Source of the DNA: a bacterium
GTDB taxonomy: Bacteria > Patescibacteriota > Minisyncoccia > 2-01-FULL-47-10 > JBBIMT01
Length of the DNA stretch: 64,000 nt
Reading direction: 5' to 3'
NCBI GenBank assembly: GCA_037443185.1
Contig: JBBIOV010000003.1
Location: 5,458 to 69,457 of the forward strand
Below are positions 10,670-20,567 of the stretch, one piece after another. The stretch's first letter is position 1. The number at the start of each line of letters is the position of its first letter. The position numbers and the translations under genes are program-made. Below the pieces are notes generated by a model, which saw nothing but the letters and a program-made list of their open reading frames with translations, was not told the DNA's origin and did not search any database.

Positions 10670-11941
10670 TTAAAGTAAAACCTCTTGTTTATTTTTTTGA
10701 GATAACTCCTCAGGCTTAAAAATATGGATTTTGCCGTATGTTCCATCGTATCCTGGTTCAATATGTAATTTATTTTCCCTTACTCTTTTTATCCCCTCGG
10801 CGATATTTTGAGATATTTTAGCAATAACTGAAAGATCAGCTTCATTTAGGATATAAATTTCAGGACCAATATTTTTTATTAAGGAAAAATATATTCTCCA
10901 GACTTTTTCTGATTTAGACTTTATTCCTAGCGCTTCCATAATAATTTCATCCAGCGGAATTAAATTTTTGTAGGGTATAAATTTATCAGAAATATAACCT
11001 TTTGGCCTGTCTGCTAAAAGTTCTATTCGGTGTAAAACTCCGATTGTTAAGGGTTTTTTGCAATGTGGGCAGATGCCTTTTAGTTTTTTTGTCTGCTTAG
11101 GCATTAATGATACTTTACAAACAGAGTGTCCATCAATATGATATTTTCCTTCTTCCGGGAAAAACTCTAAAGTATAAAGAAAATTTTGCTTATTTTTTGT
11201 TTTAATCGCATTAATAATTGCTTTATAATTTAGTTCAGTATTAAAAACATTTGCTTCGCGGCCTATTTTTTGTAAGCTATGACTATCAGAATTACTCACA
11301 AGAGCGTATTTATCAAGTTTTGAGATACGCCAGTTCATAGATGGATCTGAAGACAGCCCTGTTTCAATGGCGAAAATTTTATTAGTCCATTTATCAAAAC
11401 ATTCCTCCACAGAATCAAAACCAGATTTTGAACCAAAAATCGAAAACCAAGGAGTCCAAGCATGCGCTGGAATAATTACGGCTTCTTCTGTATTTTCAAA
11501 AACAATTTTTGCTAAATCTTCGGATGTAATTCCAATAATTGGTCGCCCGTCCGACATTAAATTTCCTACCCACGCTAGTCTCGCGTTTATTTCCTCTACT
11601 GATTTAAAATCAGGCGCCCATATAATATGGTGTACTTTTCTAACTTTGCCAAACTTAAAATAGATTAAACTTACTTCAGCTGTCAGCATAAATCTTGTGG
11701 GTTCTTGAGTAATGCCATTTTCAGTTTTGCGGTATTCTTTTTTTAATTTAAAAAGACCATGGTCTGCTGGTTCTAATTTTTCTTTTAATTCTTTAAGCCA
11801 ATACGGATGAGTGAAATCTCCTGTACCTAAAACCTGGATACCTTTTATACGAGCCCAAAAATCCAGATTCTCAAGAGTCATTTCTTTTGAGGTAGCTCGC
11901 GAGTACTTTGAATGAATTTGCAGGTCAGCAACGAATTTCAT
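10670..11941 (-). CDS. PHP-domain nuclease, endonuclease Q (EndoQ)-like
   Basis: The N-terminus KFVADLQIHSKYSRATSKEMTLENL...IQVLGTGDFTHPYWL resembles the EndoQ PHP N-terminus. A C-terminal C-x..C...CPHC zinc finger is present. Length is ~420 aa. The start is set at the internal Met (MKFVADLQIHS). Confidence 0.5.
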   Translation of the reverse strand: MKFVADLQIHSKYSRATSKEMTLENLDFWARIKGIQVLGTGDFTHPYWLKELKEKLEPADHGLFKLKKEYRKTENGITQEPTRFMLTAEVSLIYFKFGKVRKVHHIIWAPDFKSVEEINARLAWVGNLMSDGRPIIGITSEDLAKIVFENTEEAVIIPAHAWTPWFSIFGSKSGFDSVEECFDKWTNKIFAIETGLSSDPSMNWRISKLDKYALVSNSDSHSLQKIGREANVFNTELNYKAIINAIKTKNKQNFLYTLEFFPEEGKYHIDGHSVCKVSLMPKQTKKLKGICPHCKKPLTIGVLHRIELLADRPKGYISDKFIPYKNLIPLDEIIMEALGIKSKSEKVWRIYFSLIKNIGPEIYILNEADLSVIAKISQNIAEGIKRVRENKLHIEPGYDGTYGKIHIFKPEELSQKNKQEVLL

Positions 11942-11984
11942 AATATTATTGTACCAAACAATTGTCAAAATAAAAGTAAAACGC

Positions 11985-12062
11985 GCCAGGAATGCTGTAA
12001 TGCTTTAAGTTTAAGCATTTTTCCAGGCGCGTATTTGCCGTCCTCACCATGACGGCACCCCC
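11985..12062 (-). terminator. GC-rich double-hairpin rho-independent terminator downstream of the 12085-12597 gene
   Basis: On the minus strand: tgccgtcatggtgaggacggca (7-bp stem), then cgcgcctggaa...ttcctggcgcg (11-bp stem, one mismatch), then a TTTTACTTTTATTTT run. Confidence 0.5.
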
Positions 12063-12084
12063 TTTCTTTTTGTATTTTTCATAT

Positions 12085-12597
12085 TCATCTATCTATAGCG
12101 CTGATGATCTTAGCACCTCCTTTTTGAAGATCATACAGAATCACCCGATGACTTATCGGCTGGAAAAATTTTTTTCCAGCCTTCACCGGTGGCCGTTTTA
12201 TTAAGACATTTATCTTAATATACGACCTCTCAAACAGCCGACCACGATTGATTGGTTTGTTAATCTCGGTTTTAATCTTCACTTCTGCAGGAATAAAAAT
12301 CACCCCCGAATCATCTTCCATTTTCACTGCCACCTCTTCAGATTCTCCGCGAAGATTAAGACGGTTATTATGCCAAGCACCGTCTTTTTCCAAGGAGAAT
12401 TTTCCTATGGTTTCATAGATTATTTGCTTAAGTTCATTAAGCAAAGGATCCTCTGGCCAATTAGGAAGAATTTCAGTCTCAAGTATTAACTTTTTTAGTC
12501 TTTCTAATTCGGTCTGATGACCATTTTGTCTGTCGCCAACTTGCGTTTGTTGATCTTGAGCAAGCGCCATTACTATAGGCAATTTAGTCATTTTCAA
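12085..12597 (-). CDS. Hypothetical protein with no confident family. It is compositionally GC-rich (~42-50%) relative to its neighbours.
   Basis: 170-aa ORF. An initial impression of an Hsp20/ACD fold could not be supported by motifs. Local GC is far above the ~29% background. Confidence 0.4.
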   Translation of the reverse strand: MKMTKLPIVMALAQDQQTQVGDRQNGHQTELERLKKLILETEILPNWPEDPLLNELKQIIYETIGKFSLEKDGAWHNNRLNLRGESEEVAVKMEDDSGVIFIPAEVKIKTEINKPINRGRLFERSYIKINVLIKRPPVKAGKKFFQPISHRVILYDLQKGGAKIISAIDR

Positions 12598-12784
12598 AGA
12601 ACATCCCTCCTTTGATTCATTAATTTTATCTTAATCTCAAGTGATTTTTTGTCAAGTTTGTATATTTGTTAAATACATATCAGGGGTAATGTTTTTAAAA
12701 AATTATTAAAGTTTACCACTATTTCACTTAAGATGTTATTTGAAAAAGCAATTTAGAACCTTCGTGAATTTTTAAGACAATTGC

Positions 12785-13648
12785 CTATAAATGAATATCA
12801 ATTAAATACTCCTTCAATGCTTCATAATAAAATCTTAAAGGGGGAAGTTTTGTATTAATCAAAATAGAGTATTGGGGACGTTTTGCTTTACTAATATAAT
12901 CTTTTAAGCTAATGGGGATAAGTTTTGGAACTTTAAATTTTTTATCAAAATTTTTTTTAATCTGAAATATTTCAAAAGCATAATCAAAAAAATTTATGAC
13001 TCCTCCATTAGTTCGATGAAAGATTCCTCCGGTGAAATTTTGGTTTTGTAAAAGCTGGCGCGAAGCATAAGCTAAATCGAGAGCATAAGTTACCGAGACA
13101 AATTGATCTGAAACCAATTTTATTTCAGAGAGTTTATCTGCTAAATTTAGCATCGTAGTGACAAAATTTTTTCCACCTATACCAAAAACATAACTTGTCC
13201 TGATTAAGTAAAAATTAGGGATAGAAAAATTTTCAGATATTTCACGAAGATAATTCTCTCCGGCTAATTTGGATTTACCATAGACATTAAGTGGATTTTG
13301 AGGAATCTCTTCTTCTTTATATCCTTCCTTTTTTGACCCATCAAAAACAAAATCTGTGCTATAGTGAAAAAATTTTGCTTGAATTTCAAGAGAAACTTTT
13401 GCTAAATTTTTAACTGCTTCAGCATTAACTTTAAAACAAAGTTCTTTTTCTGTCTCGGCTTTTTCGACATCGGTGTAAGCGGCAGCATTAAAAATCACAT
13501 CAGGTTTCAGTTGTGAAATTTTTTTTTGCGTTTTGCGAAAGTCAGTAATATCAAGATTTTGAATATCCCAACAAATTGGCTTTAAATCAATGAATGCTTT
13601 TTTTAATGCTAAGCCAACTAAACCCTTGCCCAAAATAAGTATTTTCAT
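12785..13648 (-). CDS. rfbD: dTDP-4-dehydrorhamnose reductase (RmlD-like)
   Basis: MKILILGKGLVG...VIFNAAAYTDVEKAE.E...FKVNAEAVKNLA is the RmlD substrate-binding pattern. Confidence 0.7.
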   Translation of the reverse strand: MKILILGKGLVGLALKKAFIDLKPICWDIQNLDITDFRKTQKKISQLKPDVIFNAAAYTDVEKAETEKELCFKVNAEAVKNLAKVSLEIQAKFFHYSTDFVFDGSKKEGYKEEEIPQNPLNVYGKSKLAGENYLREISENFSIPNFYLIRTSYVFGIGGKNFVTTMLNLADKLSEIKLVSDQFVSVTYALDLAYASRQLLQNQNFTGGIFHRTNGGVINFFDYAFEIFQIKKNFDKKFKVPKLIPISLKDYISKAKRPQYSILINTKLPPLRFYYEALKEYLIDIHL

Positions 13649-13730
13649 TGTTTGAAAAAATTATATAAAATTTAACCACAACGCATTTTCGAAGGTTTTA
13701 TAATGATTGAAGTTTAAAGGTGGGTAGTAT

Positions 13731-15719
13731 TTATTTAAAAAATGTTTTTATTTTGTCTCTTAAAAGGGCGGCTTTTTCGAAATCCAATTCTTGCGCGGCT
13801 TTTTTCATCTGCTTGCGTAGTTCTTGTAAGATGATTTGTTTTTCTTTTTCCGATGCATATTTTATTTTTTCATCAATATTTCTAAGGGATTTTTCTAAAG
13901 ATTTTTTAGTTAATTTTGAGCCAACTATTTCCAGAGGGCGAATTTCTTTAATGATACTTTTGGGAGTGATATTATTTTTTAAATTATATTCTTTTTGGAT
14001 CTGGCGTCTGAAGTTGGTTTGTTCTATGGCGCGACGCATGCTAGCGGTAATTGTATCAGCATATAAAATTACTTTTCCTTCAATATGTCTGGCAGCTCTT
14101 CCTATAGTTTGAATTAATGTCGTCTCTGATCTTAAAAAGCCTTCCTTATCGGCGTCTAAAATTAATATTAAAGAAACTTCAGGCAAATCTAAACCTTCAC
14201 GTAATAGGTTAATTCCAACAATAACATCATAAGCGCCTTTTCTTAAATTATATAATATTTCTGGCCTATTTAAAGTATGAATTTCAGAATGTAAATATTC
14301 AGCATTTATTTTGTGTTCTTTTAAATATTCAGCTAGATTTTCTGCTGAGCGCTTTGTTAAAGTAGTAATTAACACTCTTTGTTTTTTGGCGATTGCTTGT
14401 TTTATTTCCTTGAGAATATCTTTTATCTGATTTTTTGTTGGACGTAATTCAATTTCAGGATCAAGAAGACCGGTTGGACGAATAAACATTTTGGCGATAA
14501 AAGGAGAAGATCTTTTTATTTCAAATTCAGCTGGAGTGGCGGAAACATAAATTACTTGATCTAATTTTTTATCAAATTCAGTAAATTTTAATGGTCTATT
14601 ATCAATTGCCGAAGGAAGCCTAAATCCATAATCTATTAAAACTTGTTTTCTGGAACGATCTCCTTCATACATACCTTTAATTTGTGGAATTGTCATATGT
14701 GACTCGTCTATAAATGTTAAATAACCTCCGGTTTTTTTAGTCGTAAAAATAAAAAAATCAATTAAAGTGCTTGGGGGATCTCCAGGAGCACGAAATTCTA
14801 AATGACGTGAATAATTCTCAATTCCTGAACAAAAGCCATTGAGTTTTAACATCTCTAAATCATAATTTGTTCTTTCTTGAATACGTTGAGCTTCAATAAA
14901 TTTATTTCTTTTTTTGAAATATTTGATACGTTCTTGCAATTCTGTTTTAATATTTTGTAGCGCTAAATCTAATTTATCTTGAGCTGTAACAAAATGCTTA
15001 GCCGGAAAAATTGTCACTTCGTTAACCTCTTGTGGTCTCTTAAATTGAAATTTAATAAAAATTTTTTCTATAAAATTTCCAAATAATTCAATCACGATGC
15101 TTTCATATCCACTTGGAGTAAAAATTTCAATCGTATCGCCTCTAGCTCTGAAAGTACCTGGTAATAGTTCAAAGTCGTTTCTTTCGTATTGCAATTTGCT
15201 TAAAATTTTAGTGAGTGAGGTTCTTTTTAAATCCATTCCTTTTTTTATAATGAAAGAAATTTTCTTATATTCTTCAGGAGAACCAATATTATAAATACAA
15301 GAAACAGAAGCAACAATTAAAACATCGCGCCTTGTTAAAAGTGCTTGAGTAGCTCCATGACGTAAACGATCAATTTCATCGTTTATTTTGGCATCTTTTT
15401 CAATGTAAGTATCAGTAGTAGGTATATATGCTTCAGGTTGATAATAATCATAATAAGATACAAAGTAATGAACGGCATTATGCGGGAAAAAGTTTTTAAA
15501 CTCAAAATAAAGCTGGGAGGCAAGAGTCTTGTTATGAGAAATAACTAAAGTAGGTTTTTGAACTGCTTCGATAACTTTTGCCATAACAAAAGTTTTACCA
15601 GAACCGGTCACGCCATGTAATGTTTGGTATTTTATTTCATCTTTTAAGTTGCGGCTTAAAAAATCAATAGCACTTTGCTGGTCACCTTTTGGAGTAAATG
15701 GTGAGATAAGCTTAAACAT
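13731..15719 (-). CDS. uvrB: Excinuclease ABC subunit B
   Basis: TPKGDQQSAIDFL...TLHGVTGSGKTFVMAKVIE...PTLVISHNKTLASQLYFEFKNFFPHNAVHYFVSYYDYYQPEAY and a C-terminal UVR motif. The start is set at MFKLISPF. Confidence 0.9.
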   Translation of the reverse strand: MFKLISPFTPKGDQQSAIDFLSRNLKDEIKYQTLHGVTGSGKTFVMAKVIEAVQKPTLVISHNKTLASQLYFEFKNFFPHNAVHYFVSYYDYYQPEAYIPTTDTYIEKDAKINDEIDRLRHGATQALLTRRDVLIVASVSCIYNIGSPEEYKKISFIIKKGMDLKRTSLTKILSKLQYERNDFELLPGTFRARGDTIEIFTPSGYESIVIELFGNFIEKIFIKFQFKRPQEVNEVTIFPAKHFVTAQDKLDLALQNIKTELQERIKYFKKRNKFIEAQRIQERTNYDLEMLKLNGFCSGIENYSRHLEFRAPGDPPSTLIDFFIFTTKKTGGYLTFIDESHMTIPQIKGMYEGDRSRKQVLIDYGFRLPSAIDNRPLKFTEFDKKLDQVIYVSATPAEFEIKRSSPFIAKMFIRPTGLLDPEIELRPTKNQIKDILKEIKQAIAKKQRVLITTLTKRSAENLAEYLKEHKINAEYLHSEIHTLNRPEILYNLRKGAYDVIVGINLLREGLDLPEVSLILILDADKEGFLRSETTLIQTIGRAARHIEGKVILYADTITASMRRAIEQTNFRRQIQKEYNLKNNITPKSIIKEIRPLEIVGSKLTKKSLEKSLRNIDEKIKYASEKEKQIILQELRKQMKKAAQELDFEKAALLRDKIKTFFK

Positions 15720-15874
15720 AAAATAAATGTTAAAATTGTTAAAAATAATTACCAAAATTAAGATAAGTCTTGGTTGAAGAAATTATTATTTTGATGTTGA
15801 CGATTGTAATTAATATTTTACATTAAAACCTAATTTACTTGCTATGTAGTTAATATTGAGATATATTAAATAGT

Positions 15875-16450
15875 ATGTTGGAAACAATTAAAGGAAAATT
15901 AGAGGCTAAATACGAAGATTATCTCATTTTGAATAATGGTGGTTGGGGGCTAAAAATTTATATGTGCCGCCGTGATCTTTTAAAGATGCCAAAAGTTAGA
16001 AGTATTGTCAAGCTATTTACGCATTTTTCGCTTCGTTTTAAAAGCCAAGAAATCGAATTGCTTATTTTTGGTTTTTTAAAGAAAGAGGACAGAGATTTTT
16101 TTAGGGAGCTTTTGAAAAAAAATCAGATTGGGGTTAAAATAGCATTTTCTATTTTAAATTTTGCTAGTCATTCTCAAATTAAAAATGCTTTTAAAAAAGG
16201 AGATATTAATTTCTTCAAAGATTGTAAAGGCATTCCCAAGAAAGTCATAAAAAATTTATTTTTGGAACACTCTTTAGTGGAAGAATTTAAAAAAAATAAA
16301 ATAAGTGAAGAAGATAAAAAAATTATTGCGGCGCTTAAAAAATTAGGGTATGGCGCAGCCGAAGCTAAAGAAGCAATTTTAAAAATTCCTATTCAAGTTA
16401 AATCTCTTCAAAATAAATTAAAAGAAGCGCTAAAAATTTTAAATCAATAA
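15875..16450 (+). CDS. ruvA: Holliday junction branch migration protein RuvA
   Basis: An N-terminal OB-fold region (MLETIKGKLE...YLILNNGGWGLKIYM), an HhH region (..KGIPKKVIKNL) and a C-terminal ..ALKKLGYGAAEAKEAI domain III. Confidence 0.75.
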   Translation: MLETIKGKLEAKYEDYLILNNGGWGLKIYMCRRDLLKMPKVRSIVKLFTHFSLRFKSQEIELLIFGFLKKEDRDFFRELLKKNQIGVKIAFSILNFASHSQIKNAFKKGDINFFKDCKGIPKKVIKNLFLEHSLVEEFKKNKISEEDKKIIAALKKLGYGAAEAKEAILKIPIQVKSLQNKLKEALKILNQ

Positions 16451-16468
16451 TTTTAAAATTATTTTAAA

Positions 16469-17458
16469 ATGAGTGATTGGAGAAATTTTCAAAAAAAATT
16501 CAGTCCAGGAAATTTCTATCAATCTCTTGAATGGGGAAAATTTTTTCAAAATAAAGGCGGTAAATTTTTTTTATGGCAGAAAAAAGAAGGCAAAACAATA
16601 AAATCTGGTGCTATTATTTTAAAATATATTTTGTTTAGACAAGTAAATTATTTATATGTTCCACTTGGTCCAATAGGAGAAATGAGTATTGAATGTTGGG
16701 AAGATTTTTTTGAAACTGTAAAAGCAATTGCCGAAAATGAAGGCTCTTTTTTTATTAGATTTTATGCTGATAATTTAAGTTATAATTTAATCAAGAAATA
16801 TTTTATCAAACAACCTCCTAAAAATTATTTTTTATCAGCCGGCAATATTCCTTTATTTAATGCTCGACTGGATTTAAGCGATAATGAAAAAAACATTTTT
16901 AAAAATTTGCATGCTAAAACACGATACAATATTCGTCTTGCTCAAAGAAAAGGCGTTGTCGTGAAATCGTTTTTTAAGAACGATATTTTAAATGAATTTG
17001 ATAACTTTTTAAAACTTCTTTTAAAAACCGCTCAGAAAAAAAATTTTTTAATCTATGACGATGTTCATTATAAAAGTTTAATAGAAAATTTTAAGGAAAA
17101 TATGGTTTTATTAATAGCTTATTCTCAACAGATACCTGTTGCTACAGCGCTTTTTTTAAAATGGGACGATATTGTGTACTATTTACACGGTGGCACAAAT
17201 TTTGACTTTCGTCATTTAATGGCGTCTCATTTATTACATTGGGAGGCTATAAATTTTTTCCGCAATTTAGGATTAAAATTTTATGATTTTGGGGCAATTA
17301 GCACCATCAAGATGCCAATTAAAAAGTGGGAAGGCATTACCAGATTTAAAATGGCTTTTAACGCAAAGCCATATATTTTGTCGCAGGCATACGATTTAAT
17401 AATCAATAAACCAACTTATTATTTGTATAACTTTTTTAAAAAAATTAAAAATGATTAA
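16469..17458 (+). CDS. FemAB-family peptidoglycan peptide-bridge aminoacyltransferase
   Basis: YQSLEWGKF, FFIRFYAD, NIRLAQRKGV and LHGGTNFDFRHLMASHLLHWEAINFFRNLGLKFYDFGAI are the FemABX-family pattern. Confidence 0.65.
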   Translation: MSDWRNFQKKFSPGNFYQSLEWGKFFQNKGGKFFLWQKKEGKTIKSGAIILKYILFRQVNYLYVPLGPIGEMSIECWEDFFETVKAIAENEGSFFIRFYADNLSYNLIKKYFIKQPPKNYFLSAGNIPLFNARLDLSDNEKNIFKNLHAKTRYNIRLAQRKGVVVKSFFKNDILNEFDNFLKLLLKTAQKKNFLIYDDVHYKSLIENFKENMVLLIAYSQQIPVATALFLKWDDIVYYLHGGTNFDFRHLMASHLLHWEAINFFRNLGLKFYDFGAISTIKMPIKKWEGITRFKMAFNAKPYILSQAYDLIINKPTYYLYNFFKKIKND

Positions 17459-17471
17459 AACCTTCTTCAGC

Positions 17472-17509
17472 GATATTCTCAATTGCTTTTTTTAATAATT
17501 GAGAATATC
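17472..17509. terminator. Perfect 13-bp-stem hairpin between the convergent FemAB and mfd genes (bidirectional terminator)
   Basis: gatattctcaatt-(12 nt T-rich loop)-aattgagaatatc, with the T-rich loop and flanks. Confidence 0.5.
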
Positions 17510-19448
17510 AATTAATCTCCCCTGCAGACATATAGCCTGATTGTTCTTTGCCTAAGATATTACGAGCGCCGCGAATTTCCAAATCCTTCAATGCTATATA
17601 ATATCCGTCACCTAATTCTTGGAATCTTTTAATATATTGAAGTCGTTTTTTTGCCTGAATAGTTAAACCTTCTTTTTTTATAAATGAAATAAGCGAAACT
17701 TTGAATATCTTTTCTACCAATACGACCTCTAATTTGATGCATCTGAGCTAATCCTAACTTTTGCGCTTGTTCTACTATTAAAGTATTGACCTCGGGCAAG
17801 TCAAGGCCATTTTCTATAATTGTAGTTGCCAGTAGTAAATTATACTTTTTTTCTTCAAAACGATGTAATGTTTTAATTATTTCTATCTCAGGCATTTTGG
17901 CGTGCAAAGTTGCAATTTTTATGCCAGGCACTAATTTCTCCAATTCTCTTTTTTTAAAATCAAGTTTGAAAATTTGGTTATATAAATAATAAATTTGTCC
18001 TTTTCGTGCAAGCTCAAATTTAATTGCTTCTTTTATTTTTTTTATATCATATGGTGCAATGAAAGTTTCAGTCTTTTTTTTGCCAAGCGGTGGTGTCAAA
18101 ATATTAGATATCTTCCAAATGCCACTTAAAGCTAAATGTAAAGTGCGGGGAATAGGAGTAGCCCTTAAACTTAATAAATCAATCGCTTCTTGCCAATGTC
18201 GTAATTTTTTTTGTTTAACTCCGCACTTTTGTTCCTCATCTATAATTAAAAGCCCCAAATTTTTAAATTTAACATCTTTGGATAAAACCCGATGAGTGCC
18301 AATCAAAAAATCTATTTTACCTGAAAATAAGTTTCGTAATACCTCTTTTTGTTTTGCTTCTGGCAAAGCCCTACTTAAAATTTCAATATTCACTCCTGTA
18401 TTTTTAAATCTATTTTTGGCTCTACGGAAATGCTGATCGGCTAAAATCATAGTTGGAGCAAGCAAAACTACCTGATATCCTTCTAAAATAGCTTTGTGGG
18501 CAACGCAAAATGTGATTTCAGTTTTACCAAATCCAACATCGCCACAAAGTAGTCTATCCATATACTCTTTTGAACTTAAATTTTTCTTTATGTCTTCTAA
18601 AGCTTGGCGCTGATCTAAAGTCAGCTTAAATTCGAAATTACTTTCGAAATTTTTTTGCCATTCATCATCAGGTCCAAATGGTTTTCTTTTGGCAATGGCG
18701 CGCCGAGCATATTTATTTAGTAGTTCTTTAGCTAATTTTTCAACTTCATCTTTTACTTTTTTCTTGGTTTTAAACCATAAAGAGCCTCCTAATCGATAAA
18801 TTATTGGCTTGGAAAAACCTATATAATAGGGACTTAATTTTTCTGATAATTCAAAAGGCACAAATAAAGTATCGCCTTTAGCGTATTTAATTTCAAAATA
18901 TTTTTTGCCTTTTAAAAAGACAAATCTATTAAAGATACCAATTTCATGATCTAAATGAACTATATAATCTTTTTTTTCCAGGCGATTTAAATAAAGTTGC
19001 GTTATTTTTCGTTCAAATATTCTTTTTTGTTCTTGCTCTTTAATTGATTTTAATTTTTAATGGTGACAGTTTTGTTATTTTTTCTATGTAGTTGCCAAAA
19101 AAAACTAATTTGATAAACTGTGTTTTCTAATATTGGGTAGATTTTCACAGTATCGCCTAAAACATTAAATTGACCTGGGGCTAATATAGTCTGCACTTTT
19201 TCATAATTTAGTTCTGATAAAACACGTAAGAATTTACTTAAAGAGATAATTTCGTTTTCTTCGATATAAAAAGAAATTTTTGCCCACCAAGAGTTTATTT
19301 GTCGAGATTTTAAAATATGGGCTTTGTTTTGTTGTAGCCAATTTTGATTTTTATCTACAAAAAATTCATCAACTGCTAAAATTAATAAATCTTTTTCATT
19401 GTTCATATTTTTAAAGTATATTTGAATTTCTTTGTATCGCAAGCCCAA
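17508..19448 (-). pseudogene. mfd: Transcription-repair coupling factor Mfd. It is N-terminally truncated and interrupted by two frameshifts.
   Basis: Three consecutive ORFs (19448-19050, 18861-17629, 17720-17508) read as one Mfd. They cover the ..GQFNVLGDTVKIYP (D3-like) region, the RID (DYIVHLDHEIGIF), and the helicase (LCGDVGFGKTEI, ..LSLRATPIPRTL.., [32 protein letters not shown]). The frame shifts fall in a TT run (~19050) and an A7 run (~17700). Confidence 0.6.
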
Positions 19449-19498
19449 AATAAAAGCACTTGCCAGAAAGCAACTGTGTTTGATAAAATAAAAATATT

Positions 19499-20110
19499 AT
19501 GAATATGCATTATCATTCTTGGCATTTAAAATATAAAATTTGTGTTTCTGGAGCAGCTGAAACTACTCATTGTGATGCTGGTGTTTTGGAAGCAGCTTAT
19601 AAAATAGGACAAGAAATCGTGAAAAATAATGGCGTTTTAATTACCGGCGCTACTCATGGTACTCCTTATTGGGCGGCAAAAGGCGCTAAAGAAGCAGGAG
19701 GAGTAAGTATTGGAATCTCTCCTGCAGCTTCAGAAGCCCATCATATAAAAACTTATAAACTTCCATATGATTATTTCGATGTTATAATGTATACTGGTTT
19801 TGAATACTCAGGTCGGAATTTACTTTTAGTTAGATCTTCAGATGCGGTAATTTTTGTCTGTGGCAGAATGGGAACTTTAAATGAATTTACGATTGCGTTT
19901 GAGGATAAAAAAATAATGGGAGTTTTGGAAGGTAGCGGTGGAGCAGCTGATCACATAAAAGAAATAGTAGAAAGATCTCATCGAGGTGAAGGAAAAATAA
20001 TTTATGATTATGATCCAATTCGTTTAGTGCACAGAGTGATTGAAAAAATAAAAGAAGAAAAAAATAATTACGATATTTTTAATCAAAAGTCTACCATTTT
20101 TCAAAATTGA
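19499..20110 (+). CDS. LOG/TIGR00725-like Rossmann-fold (SLOG superfamily) protein
   Basis: ICVSGAAE...GVLITGATHG..YWAAKGAKEAGGVSIGISP and ..VIFVCGRMGTLNEF fit the LOG-like nucleotide-binding family. Confidence 0.5.
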   Translation: MNMHYHSWHLKYKICVSGAAETTHCDAGVLEAAYKIGQEIVKNNGVLITGATHGTPYWAAKGAKEAGGVSIGISPAASEAHHIKTYKLPYDYFDVIMYTGFEYSGRNLLLVRSSDAVIFVCGRMGTLNEFTIAFEDKKIMGVLEGSGGAADHIKEIVERSHRGEGKIIYDYDPIRLVHRVIEKIKEEKNNYDIFNQKSTIFQN

Positions 20111-20559
20111 AAATAAATTTTATGTTCACTTTAGAAAATCAGTTTGATATTATTGTGAAACTATTTTTAGCAGCTTTGTTAGGTTCAATTATTGGTTTTG
20201 AAAGAAAATATATAGGAAAGGAGGCTGGTATCAAAACTTTTTCTTTAATAGCTTTGGGAGCAGCGCTTTTTGTAATTTTAGGTAAAGAAGCTGTACCTTA
20301 TTTTTCTTTAAGTGGAGTATACGATGCTGGCAGAATTTTAAGTTACATTGTAATAGGGGTTGGTTTTTTAGGTAGTGGGATTATTTTACATCGTGGATTG
20401 CATATTCAGGGATTAACAACTGCGGCAGGTATTTGGGTTACTGCCGCTATTGGAATAGCCTGCGCATTAGGACTTTATTTAATAGCTGCTTTCACAGCGC
20501 TTTTTGTGATTATAATTTTTATGGTTGTTAAGAGACTCGAGGAAAACTTTTTTGAGTAG
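20107..20559 (+). CDS. MgtC/SapB family membrane protein
   Basis: LFLAALLGSIIGFERKYIGKEAGIKTFSLIALGAAL is the MgtC signature. Its start overlaps the upstream TGA. Confidence 0.7.
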   Translation: MKINFMFTLENQFDIIVKLFLAALLGSIIGFERKYIGKEAGIKTFSLIALGAALFVILGKEAVPYFSLSGVYDAGRILSYIVIGVGFLGSGIILHRGLHIQGLTTAAGIWVTAAIGIACALGLYLIAAFTALFVIIIFMVVKRLEENFFE

Positions 20560-20567
20560 TTTTCGCA

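Noticed and set aside
12085-12597. Initial impression that this protein is an Hsp20/alpha-crystallin small heat-shock protein.
   Set aside because: I could not place the conserved ACD motifs (e.g. the GVL.I..PK strand or the A-x-x-x-n-G-v-L tail). It is left as hypothetical.
13720-14112. Plus-strand 130-aa ORF inside uvrB. The ORFs 11367-11663, 15097-15294, 17786-18295, 53675-54341 and 59265-59951 are similar internal antisense ORFs.
   Set aside because: All lie antisense within strongly supported, conserved genes, which makes them shadow ORFs.
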